Origin: Seison nebaliae
Taxonomy: Eukaryota
Direction of reading: 5' to 3'
DNA length: 46,874 nucleotides
Assembly: GCA_023231475.1 (NCBI GenBank)
Contig: JALJEE010002080.1
Location: 1 to 46,874, forward strand
The notes below the pieces were generated by a model. The model worked only from the letters and a program-made list of their open reading frames with translations. It was not told where the DNA came from and made no database searches. Positions 37,054 to 46,874 of the stretch are shown here, piece after piece. The stretch's first letter is position 1; each line of letters opens with the position of its first letter. A program made the position numbers and the translations under genes.

Positions 37054-39296
37054 TTATCGACGATAATCACGTGATCTAGAGTGTTCATATGTTGAATCTC
37101 GACGATTGTCTCCATGACGACGAGAACGATCTCGTCGATTTTTATGAGATTCAGGTGAATCATTTCGATGTCGATGTCTATTATGAGATTTTTCTTTTGG
37201 ATGAAGATTTTTCTTGTATCTTCGACTTCTCCTCTCATCTTCACTGTCGAAATCGTCATTCTCATTGAAACTTTCTTGATAATTAAATTTATCACTTCTG
37301 AAAACAATTGAAATAAAATATATTCATATAAATGATAAAATTTTTATGAAAAATTTGAAACTTTTTCGATTGTTGTACTGAAGATTTTTTCACTTCATTC
37401 AAAAACGTTATCATTCCTGTTGGATCGTCTACTTTCTTCTTTTTATTATCATCCAACTCTTTCTTTTCTATTTTCCGTTTCTCTCTATGAACATTATCTT
37501 CGTCATCTGATGATTTGTTTTTACTTTTCATCCTTAAATCATTTGCTGATCTCTCAAATTGTACAGGTCCATTTCTTGTTAAATCAGCGTCTGCTCCACT
37601 AAAATGAGTTTCACTCACAAATCTAATAGAATAATTTATAATAATAATTTATTTGAAAAAATAACTTTTTCTCATTTTCGATTCTTTCGATTTCATCAAC
37701 AATCTTGTCAACATTCGATTGTTTCGTTGGACGATAAATGACATTCGCTGCATTCGTCTCCTTCCTCCATGGTTCATCATAGACATTATAGGCGTCTTCA
37801 TCACCAAAACCAGTTGATATTCCTTCGTTCATTGCAATTAATCTTGTATCGAAATCATCTTCTTTCTTCTTTTGGACATGTGGTAGGCCAAGTGCAATCT
37901 GTTCACTAATATCTCTCGTTTTATTTATGGCATCGAATTTCTTCCCATATTTTGGATTATTTCTCTCTAATGCCAATTGTTGTTTCCTTTCACGTTGTTT
38001 TTGTTTTCGGAGTAGATTTCTTCTTTTTTCATCTTCCTCTAATTGATTCTTATCTTTCACTTCCTCATTATCTGACGATGAGAGATCACTTGATATTTTC
38101 TTCTTTTTCTTCTTCTCATAATTAATATCATCATCATCCATTTCGTTTCGTTTCTTCTTTCGAATATCATCATCATCATCATTATCATCATCATCAGATG
38201 AAGAGGACGAAGATGAAGATGAATCGCCATAATCTGTAATTTTCCCCCGATTCGATTCATCATAATTCGATGTTAATTGTGCTCGTTGATTTCGTGCATT
38301 CTTCGCTAATCGTCTCAATTGATCTTCTTGAATATCTTTCTTCTTCTGATCCAACATCTCTTGTCTCTTCATTCGATATTCTACTTCTTCTCTCACCTTC
38401 TTATCCGCTATATCTAACGCATTCGTCATTTGAAATAATTTCTCAGAACATTTACTCGAAATTAATCGACGACCATCAGCAGCAATACGTTTATCCAATG
38501 GAATAGTGTAACCACGAGCATTCTTCCAATTAGAGATACATGGCGGAATCTTCCAATCCTGTTGTTCTTTCGCTGTAATTTTACGAGGTGGCGAATGGAG
38601 AACTGGAGCAGGTGGTGATGGTGGTGCTGCAGGAATTTTATCTGTTAATTTAAATCGTGGTGGAGAAAGAGGATCACGTTGCACGTTCGAAATTCGAACA
38701 ATTCGTTGACTACAATTTGAATTGAAATTTACACCGTTCTGAATTGGAGTATATCGATAATATGAAGCATCTGTTCGTTTATCTGCCAATTTTGTTGGGA
38801 GGACGTTCGATCGTTTCTCTTCGACAATACTGTCCAATTTCTCTTTCGTTTTCTGAGTAATATCTTCTACTACATCTTCCGATGGTCTCAACAATTCACT
38901 TTCATACAATTCATCATCATCAATCAAATCGTTCTTTGTTGCCATATCAGAATATTTCGAATAAATTATCTTATTCTTATTCGAAGATGATCCTTGTCGT
39001 AATAACGTGTCATATTTAATATCACCTGAAGCATCCATCTGCAATGATAGTGCATTGGATGATGCTCCTCTTTTCGTTTCACCCATTCTCAATGGATATT
39101 GTAATTCATCAATCTCTGGAAATGCTCCTCCATCTCCAAAATCTTCCATACATTTCGGTTTCCAATTCTTCCGATAACCATATGGTGGAATCTTCGAATG
39201 TTTCGGTTCGTCAACATCTTCCTCATCTAAAGTCAGAATATATTTGTTCTTCTTACTACTGTACACCGGATTAGGCAAACGTTCAGTTAACGACAT
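37054..39296 (-). CDS. SNW1: SNW domain-containing protein 1 (SKIP/Prp45), a spliceosome component
   Basis: PPYGYRKNWKP, DFGDGGAFPEI, DPLSPPRFK, PPSPPAPVLHSPPRK, WKIPPCISNWKNARGYTIPLDKR, RDISEQIALG, YNVYDEPWR and GPVQFE. Inferred introns 37665-37623 and 37361-37298; the last exon is R/S/D-rich. Confidence 0.95.
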
Positions 39297-39811
39297 TACT
39301 TCCAATAATTTAAAAGGAACAACAAAATATTTTATTTTTTAAGCTAACAAATTAAATTTATATTTTAATAAATATTTCGTTCACCAGTTAAATCACAATA
39401 TATAATATGTGTATTATTAATTTTTTATAACTTGATGTCTATCTTTCATTTATTTTAATAGATTATCTATTATTTTATAAATTAATTAATTGGAATTATT
39501 TTTATTAATATTAAATTAATATTTAATTTTATGAATTATTGGCCCTAAAAAATAGAAACTGGTTAGCTTCACCCGATATTTCAACAGAATTACGGAATTA
39601 CAATTCTCAAATACGTATACTCCCTGAAAGATTAGTTACTTTTAATTAACCTGAGAATGAAACTATTTTTCTCACAAACTCAATTAAAGTTTCAATCATA
39701 ATTATCATTTGAATATTTGAGAAATGAATATAATAAAATAAGTATAATAGTGCTAATAATATTTTCATTCAAAAATTCACTATATTAGATTGTTATTATG
39801 ATAGTGAGTGA

Positions 39812-40044
39812 ATGGATAATAGGATATATATCTCATTTCATATTAATTCTCGAATATTTCCTTTGTACGATATTCTCAATTTGTTCTTTGGCAATAGAAC
39901 AATGGAGCAACTTTACGGTAGAAAATGGATTGAAAAGAAGTTATTGATTAATTTTATGATTCAATAACTGTTTCTTTTAGATATTCGAATATTCATTCTC
40001 GAAATATATCAACTTCCATCCTTACAAGAGTTTATACTGAATAA
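39812..40044 (+). CDS. Possible small two-exon gene of about 63 aa, or the 3' part of a longer gene
   Basis: ATG at 39812 and a 41-nt GTT...TAG intron at 39940-39980 keep the frame open to TAA. No homology recognised. Confidence 0.3.
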
Positions 40045-40098
40045 GATGGAAATATTCTAGAATTTTTTATTTAAAAATTTATTTCGCTTTAAATTAAA

Positions 40099-42837
40099 TT
40101 AATTTTTCAATCCAGAGAAATTTTGAGCATTTGACAATTTCATTATTTGATCTATCGAATGTGCCACTGCTTCTTCTGAAAAAAAAGAGGAATTATTGAA
40201 TAGATGTTGAATAGAAAATGAACCTAATAATGTCAATCGATATTGGAAGAGGAGTGATTTCAATCCACCATCATTCAATACATTCTTATGGAATAAACTC
40301 TTATACGCATTCGACAATGTATCAATCGATAAACATTCAGGACTCAAGAATAGATGTGTTTCCTTCGTCATTTCCAAACGAGATCGCTGAGTAGTAATTG
40401 GAGCGATTTGATAGAAGAATACTATTTCATTCTCATTTAATAAAATTCCGTCCTGTATGAGTAAATCTTGCAATTCTAATGCGAAAAGTTTAGCGTCCTT
40501 CTTTCCGTTATTTAACATTTCCATAAATTTCTTTCGTTTCTCTTTTCTGAGAAGAGATTCTCTTCCATTTTTCAAAGTCATTTCTACGATCTTATAAACA
40601 AACTATAATTCGCAGAAGAATTCGAATGGAGAAAGTGAAATAGACGAACTTTATACGACATGAGATAAGAGAAGAAAAATTGGAGGAAATTTGGTAAATT
40701 TTTCTTCTCGTAAACTTTCGATAACTTTTCAAATTTCTTATAATTCAATTGATAATTTCGAAGTTTCTCTCAAAAAATTTAACTTTCTTTTGTAATTCTA
40801 CACTTCCTGAGATGAAATCGTTTTCAAATAAATTTAATAATTCTCCATAATTTCGGAACAAGTCGCCACCCATTAATAACGACGCTTCTAAAAAAGCGGC
40901 ATCGACCAATAGATGAAGAATTTGATTTCTTTAATGGTGAAATTGAAGAAATTTTGAGATTTGAATGAGAACTTGTAATGAAGAATTTTGATGAAACTCT
41001 CACAATATGGAAATGCGTCTTCTTTCGTGATACGACATTCTTTCAACAAATTCACAATTTTTGGAATTTTATTCAAATTTCTATTGGCTGCTCGAATAGT
41101 AGTAATATTTTCATTCATTAACAAGAAAAGATCATTATTCATCTTTATAAGTTGATGAAATGATTTATCGATATCGTCGATATTTTTCACTTCACAATCA
41201 GACAGAATTGTCGACAATTTTGGGAATTTGACGGAATTATTGGAATTGTTGAGAGGAGAAAGTAGTTGAATGAAATTAATGAAGATTTCTCGGAATTGAA
41301 GTGTTTGTTGAAGGAATTGGGAATAATTGATAGAGTTCAATTGATTGTTAATTTTAATATGATAATGGAAATTTTGATGTGTTTCTATTAATAATTTATT
41401 CTTTTTATGAATATGAATTAAATCATTTTCAACATCATCATCATCATCAACTTCATTCGGTAATAAACATTGATGAGAAAGAATAAGATGTTCATTAATC
41501 TCGTTAGAATTGTGAAGATGTTGAAGGATTTTGTGATGGAATAAAAGAAGGAATGATAAAGAGAAAATGGTCGTTCCACTAATTCGAGTACCGATTTGTT
41601 GTTGCCAAATGATTGTTTGGGAGACATCATTAAGAATGGGAGCGAGTAACGGACATTTATCCAAACGACACTGGACATGTCTAGAGATGATTAAAATGGA
41701 ATAATTGATAATGGAGAAAATTTGAACTTTGGACGGAAATTAAAAGGAATTTTCGAACATGTGATTATATCTTTCAAATGGATAGGAGAATTGAAATTAA
41801 AATGAATATTCCCATAATCGTTGAATAATAATGAGAAGATAGATAATAAAGCAGAAATCGTTTCTTTCGGTTTCTTATTTCCCAACATTTCATTTGCATA
41901 AAGATTCTGTTCGAAGATTCGATCGAAACTAATAGAGATTGGAACGAGTGCAATATCATAACATTCATTTTGTAAAAACAAATCGATACAAGTCGATAAT
42001 AAACCGATTTTTGGGGACAATGATTTGCCCGTTCGACTTCGAGTGCCTTCGATAAAGAAACAAAATGGAGCGAGATTTTTCTTCATAATTTGTCTTGTCA
42101 CACACTCCAATAACGTTAAATAGAGACTACCACAGTAAATGGACATCGTCTCATTTTGTATCAGATGTAAATTTTGAGATTGTTGACGATAATCGAGAAA
42201 ATTCGAAAAATGTTCTTCTTTCATCTCAGGGAATTGTTTATCGAATCCTCTTTTAATAAAGAATGCTCCACATTGTTGCATTAGAGTGGAGAGGAATCCT
42301 AATGATAAGAAATCATTCGCTGCTGCTATTAATGGCATTGGTAATCGTAATCGATATAGAACGAGAGTTAACAACAAAAAATCTAAATAAGATCGATGTG
42401 TTGGTAAGTAGATGATGGGACAATTGCGTCGTTGCAATTCACGAATCTATGAGGAAATTTATGAAGTTTGTCCACATAGAAATTTCGAACTTTAAATAAA
42501 TTCTCTTCATCGATCTCTATACGTTGAAACCAGCAACGACAGAATAGTTGAAAAGAAGAAATGAAAGTTCGGAGGACAAATGGTGAAAATGGCAGGAACA
42601 TTTCTTTAACTAGTTCGTCGATCTTCCTCCAATTCTCCTTCGCTTTCTTCTCATCTCCATAGAAAGAAATCTTTTTAATTCATTGAAAATTGGAGGAAAG
42701 TTAATGGAAACTAATTTAATCAATGCTTTCATTCGATCATCAGTCTTCACTGCTGATATGATTTCCATCACTCCAAATCGAGAAATTGTCGTCATTTCTC
42801 CACTATCTCGATTTTCATATCGCAAGAGATCGATCAT
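40099..42837 (-). CDS. GNPAT: Dihydroxyacetone-phosphate acyltransferase (GNPAT-like, GPAT/DHAPAT family)
   Basis: Acyltransferase motifs PTHRSYLDF, GAFFIKR, FFIEGTRSRTGK, VPISISFDRIFE...LGNKKPKET and YKNQILHL. Inferred introns: 42711-42671, 42490-42447, 41727-41681, 40972-40929, 40783-40737, 40649-40603. The 3' end is uncertain. Confidence 0.85.
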
Positions 42838-43682
42838 ACTTAATTTAAATAAACACTATTATTATAAAGTTATTATAAGCTATTATTCAAATTTAGCGTT
42901 CATAATAGGAAAAATTCAAATTTTAATTTTTTTTAATCAGAAAAATTTTAATTTTTTTTTTTTAAATTAATAATAGTTTTAATATTTTAGTTAATAGTAA
43001 TTAATAACTATAGAAAAAAAAATTTTTTTTTTTCGATCGAGTATCCATTGATTAAGATTGATTGTCAGTTAGATTCATTTAATTTGGATATGGTGTATAT
43101 ATTCATTCCTATGTTGTTTATATATGATGAAGTTTGTTAACTGATGAAAAGAACATGCGAATATTATCGCAGGATATAATTGACTTGTCATGAAAAAATG
43201 GGGATATGAAATATTTTCCAAAGGAAATCAAGTTAAACTGTCAAAAGATTCGGAGAATTTGCAATTTTCAATAACATCGGCATCTTTTTTCTCTGAAAGA
43301 GAGACATGGTGAAGCATGTGTTTTGTATGTTTTTGATGGTACAAACTCATGATAATATTACGAGTATGAAAAAATGAAATATTTTATTTGATGAGAAACA
43401 AATTTAATAGTTTCAGCTTAGAATATGAGCTCGATCTCTCGATGATGGTAATTGAAATCGACTGGTCGTTTTCTATAACTGTTTTGTTTTATCACCAATT
43501 ACTTTGTGATTCAAAGTTCTGATTAATAATTGTCTGATCTTTTCATTAGTTTTTTTTTGCTTTGTTTTTCTTTGAATTTTCTGTATAAGCGAAAGTGGTG
43601 AAAGGTAGAAGATATGCAATTGTAAAAACGAAAGACAAGTCCGATAAATTTTATTGAAGTTTTCTTCTCTCCTATCTATAGT

Positions 43683-44606
43683 ATGGGTTGTGATAATCGA
43701 GAAGATTTCCATTTCGTACCACGTATTGTCAACGCTGGAATTGCCGGAGTTATTGGTGTTGCTTGTACATTTCCTTTAGATTTAGTGAAGACTCGATGGC
43801 AAAACCAGGAGATTGGTGGGGGAAAAAAGATTTATTCTTCGTTGAGAGACGCATTAAAGAAAACGATTAGTAATGAAGGAATACGTGGATGTTATCGTGG
43901 CAGTGGAGTGAACATGCTCCTCATTACACCAGAGAAAGCGATCAAACTTGTCGCTAATGATTATTTCCGATATTTCTTAACTACTCCCGACGGTTGCTTA
44001 CCATTTTATCGGGAAGTGATGGCTGGTGCTGGTGCCGGTACCTGTCAAATTATTGTCACTACACCAATGGAATTGTTGAAGATTCAATTACAGGATGCTG
44101 GTCGTGGAGGAACGATGAATCGATCACAACAAAGTGCTTCGAAAGTTGCACTGAAATTAATTCGGGAGAGAGGTCTCACCGGTTTATATAAAGGAACTGG
44201 TGCCACTTTCCTTAGAGATTGCACTTTCTCTATGATCTACTTCCCTTTATTCGCCAATTTGAATGCATTAGGAAGACGACGACCTGAAGCACCAGATGAA
44301 ACGATTTTCGTCGATTCATTCTTTGCCGGTTTAGCTGCTGCTACTTGTGGCAGTTTCTGTGTCACACCGTTGGATGTGGTGAAGACACAATTGCAAAGTC
44401 TCAATCGATTAAAAGGTGAAAAAACGTTTAATGGAGTGTGGGACACGATCAAACATATTTGGCACCATCAAGGTTTCCGAGGTTATTTCAAAGGCGGTGC
44501 AGCAAGATGTATGGTAGTTGCACCGTTGTTTGGAATAGCTCAATCAATTTACTATATTGGTATTGCAGAAAAGATTTTTGACTTCTTTACACCACAACCG
44601 TCATGA
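43683..44606 (+). CDS. SLC25A22: Mitochondrial glutamate carrier (SLC25A22/SLC25A18-like)
   Basis: Three carrier signatures (PLDLVKTR, PMELLKIQ, PLDVVKTQ), plus LITPEKAIKLVANDYFR and APLFGIAQ, which are typical of glutamate carriers. The CDS has no intron. Confidence 0.92.
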   Translation: MGCDNREDFHFVPRIVNAGIAGVIGVACTFPLDLVKTRWQNQEIGGGKKIYSSLRDALKKTISNEGIRGCYRGSGVNMLLITPEKAIKLVANDYFRYFLTTPDGCLPFYREVMAGAGAGTCQIIVTTPMELLKIQLQDAGRGGTMNRSQQSASKVALKLIRERGLTGLYKGTGATFLRDCTFSMIYFPLFANLNALGRRRPEAPDETIFVDSFFAGLAAATCGSFCVTPLDVVKTQLQSLNRLKGEKTFNGVWDTIKHIWHHQGFRGYFKGGAARCMVVAPLFGIAQSIYYIGIAEKIFDFFTPQPS

Positions 44607-44921
44607 CGAACATTTTCACTTTAGTTTCACTCTTTCATATCTCCCAATTAATTATAGTTTTTTTATAGGAATTTATTTATTTCTCTCAAATACATTTTAT
44701 GGAAATTGTTCTTTTCGCAGAATGTTAACTTTTTATGAATCTAATCTCCGATTTCTTTTAATTATTGTAACATTTTTAAGATTCAAAGTAATTTCTTCTT
44801 CTTGCGATAGTGTCAGCTAAAAGATTCATTAAGCATTTCTTGGGTTTTCTAATGAAATTATTTGTCTAATAAAAGTATTTATTTTATTCGATTAGATTAA
44901 TTTTCTGATTTTCCGAAGAGA

Positions 44922-45548
44922 ATGACTAGTAACTTCTTGACAAACATCTACTCAATTGCCATTTATTCAAAAGAGAATGCCCTTGTTCATTTGGCAGTTG
45001 GAGAGAACCAAAATGAAGAAATGGCCTACGAATTCGCATATGCCGCATTAGATATGCTAATCTCCCATGAAATTAATGAAAGATCCATTTTAACGGCCCA
45101 ACTTAAGAAAGCTTCAGTCTTATCACCTAAATTCCTTGGTCTTCTTTTCCCTGTGTTTCCCAAGAAAATGTTATTCTATTTTTATGATTTTAATTCACTT
45201 CAAATTTCTTTTATTAGATATGGATATCTGTCACAGAACGGTGGGAAGGTTGTAATTGTTTTTGATGAATATGAAATTCAAGGCGATCGGATATTATCTG
45301 CTTCGCAACTAACTGAACGTGAAGCTCAATTAAGTATGAAAGCGAAAGATTATCTTGAGAAGATTTCGGATAGTTATCAAAAATACATTGTTAATCCTAA
45401 CATCAATCGAACACAAACCATTGAATCGTCACAATTCTTAAAAAATGCTTTAGGTCAAAATTTTAAGTATAAAGATATTATGACAAACCATATTGAAAAT
45501 TATTCCATATCTCCCTCACTCTCTAACTTGTTGAAAGAAAGAATTTAA
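44922..45548 (+). CDS. TRAPPC2L: Sedlin-family TRAPP subunit (TRAPPC2L-like)
   Basis: IAIYSKEN, AALDML, FLGLLFP...K-I|YGYL...KVVIV and YQKYIVNP. One in-frame 48-nt intron at 45170-45217. Confidence 0.75.
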   Translation: MTSNFLTNIYSIAIYSKENALVHLAVGENQNEEMAYEFAYAALDMLISHEINERSILTAQLKKASVLSPKFLGLLFPVFPKKMLFYFYDFNSLQISFIRYGYLSQNGGKVVIVFDEYEIQGDRILSASQLTEREAQLSMKAKDYLEKISDSYQKYIVNPNINRTQTIESSQFLKNALGQNFKYKDIMTNHIENYSISPSLSNLLKERI

Positions 45549-46359
45549 TATATATATATTCATTTTATATTGCAATGTCTAAGAAAATTCTGAATTTGAT
45601 AAAATGCTGTGGCACAAATAGTCAATTTGATATTTCTTCAACATTTTCTTTCGAAGTTAAACATCGTGCTTCACCTTTTTAAAAGTTTATGGAGGAATTT
45701 TAAAATTTTATAGGGAGAAAAATTCGAGTTTTAAGACTGAAAACTATTTTTTACTTTTATTCAACTTCAAATCAAATATCGAACTTAAGTACAAAGAGCA
45801 TCAACTACTTACGTTAGTAGAATTATTTTAGTAAGAAATTCGTAAGTCGGAAATCCTCTTAAGAAAAAATTAAATATGTTTAATAAAAAAATAAAAGATA
45901 TATTAAGAGATGAAAGATTGAACGATTTCGAATATTCTCAACTTCGGACTTTGATTTAACTCAATTTTTAAATTGAATTCGGTAATTAAATGGTAATTCT
46001 TTTTTGAATTATATGAATATTTTCCAAACATTTTTCATTGTGTAAATGTAATGGTATGTTTAATTAACTAGGACTTTTATTCATCAAATATGGATTTCTA
46101 TTCATTCAATAAAGACAACATCCTTTCTGGATATCTTTATATTCAATCTCTAACGACTAATATTCAACATTAATAAAGACAACAAAATTCATAATTTTAA
46201 TTCATCTCATGTGGACGATTATTTTGTCATCCGAACTTTTTAACTTTATGATATTTATATTTCTATATAAAAATGAATTAAAGTTCTTAAAGTCCAAATA
46301 ACTCTATAATCTCTATAAATGAAAATAATAGTTAATAAATTTGGTAAACGGAAGATAAC

Positions 46360-46874
46360 CCCGAAGTTCTTTCTCTCCTCATTATTTATCTTTTTAACAA
46401 AGGTGTAAGACAAGGCTCTATTTTGGCTCCTTGGTTATTCGGAAAAATCATACATGAGGTTATTGATTTAATTAACCATCCATTTTCTTTCTTTATTGAT
46501 GGAAAGCGTTATCCGGCTCTCTATGCATAAGCGGATGAACTGGTGTTATGTAGTAATAGTAAGGAAACTTTACATGTTATGTTACGGGTAATTCAGGATT
46601 GTGCACTTGTGAGATGTGGTATAAAGTGTAATAATTCGAAATCCAAATTGTTGACGAATATTAAACTGAATGCGAGAGATACTCCTCTTAATGAATATAA
46701 ATGTAATGACAGCAAATTTCTTGGTTGATTGTAATATTTAGACTGTAAGAAAAAGAGTTCTGCAACTGTCGATCATATTAGATGCAAGTTCATTAGAGCT
46801 TTTCATTCTATAAATCATCGGTGTAAATACTTTCCAATTTCTCTAAAAATGAAGTTGTTTCATACTTTCTGCTG
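46360..46874 (+). mobile_element. Degenerate LINE RT fragment, same family as the 2383-3360 copy, running off the window end
   Basis: FNKGVRQGSILAPWLFGKII...PALYA*ADELVLCSN...GIKCNNSKSK...KFLG. The YADD motif is destroyed (TAA-A-D-E). Confidence 0.88.

Noticed and set aside
8241..42837. Alternative genetic code or programmed frameshifting as the cause of the fragmented ORFs
   Set aside because: All breaks are explained by short GT-AG introns. TAA and TGA act as normal terminal stops, and the long exons translate cleanly with the standard code.
5827..44452. Many short antisense or alternate-frame ORFs (e.g. 5827-6243, 19035-19223, 30299-30523, 34020-34394, 44237-44452)
   Set aside because: They are shadows of the real coding exons with no independent motifs.
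8606..45217. Introner (transposon-derived) origin of the GTT introns
   Set aside because: The introns share no sequence similarity, TIRs or TSDs beyond GTT...AG, which fits a change in the splicing machinery better than a recent burst of one element.

Overview
AT-rich, gene-dense eukaryotic genomic DNA, most likely from an invertebrate animal; the species cannot be identified from the sequence alone. The standard genetic code is used. Bases 1-5.4 kb are a cluster of decayed transposons: a Merlin-like MITE, a foldback hairpin, a LINE RT fragment, a MULE-like transposase fragment and a Gypsy RNase H fragment with a short LTR. A second copy of the LINE lies at the right end. Between them are about 12 protein-coding genes: NOC2L, PDCD2, a DUF4476-like gene, an unknown PAN/apple-like secreted protein, ATG7, RALGAPA, TM9SF2, ANKLE2, SNW1, GNPAT, an SLC25A22-like carrier and TRAPPC2L. 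I reconstructed the exon-intron structures by hand, using reading frame and remembered similarity to known orthologues. The main observation is that all 37 introns in the conserved genes, plus 10-11 in the unknown gene, start with GTT; one of the 37 (ATG7 intron 3) also has a frame-compatible GTC alternative. There is almost no other 5' splice-site consensus: +5G in 10/37 and -1G in 5/37. Canonical-looking AG|GTACGT sites inside exons appear unused. AAG acceptors are frequent, and the pyrimidine tract often follows the donor instead of preceding the acceptor. This points to a rewired spliceosomal 5' splice-site code. The introns are inferred without RNA data, and I cannot confirm novelty without a literature search.
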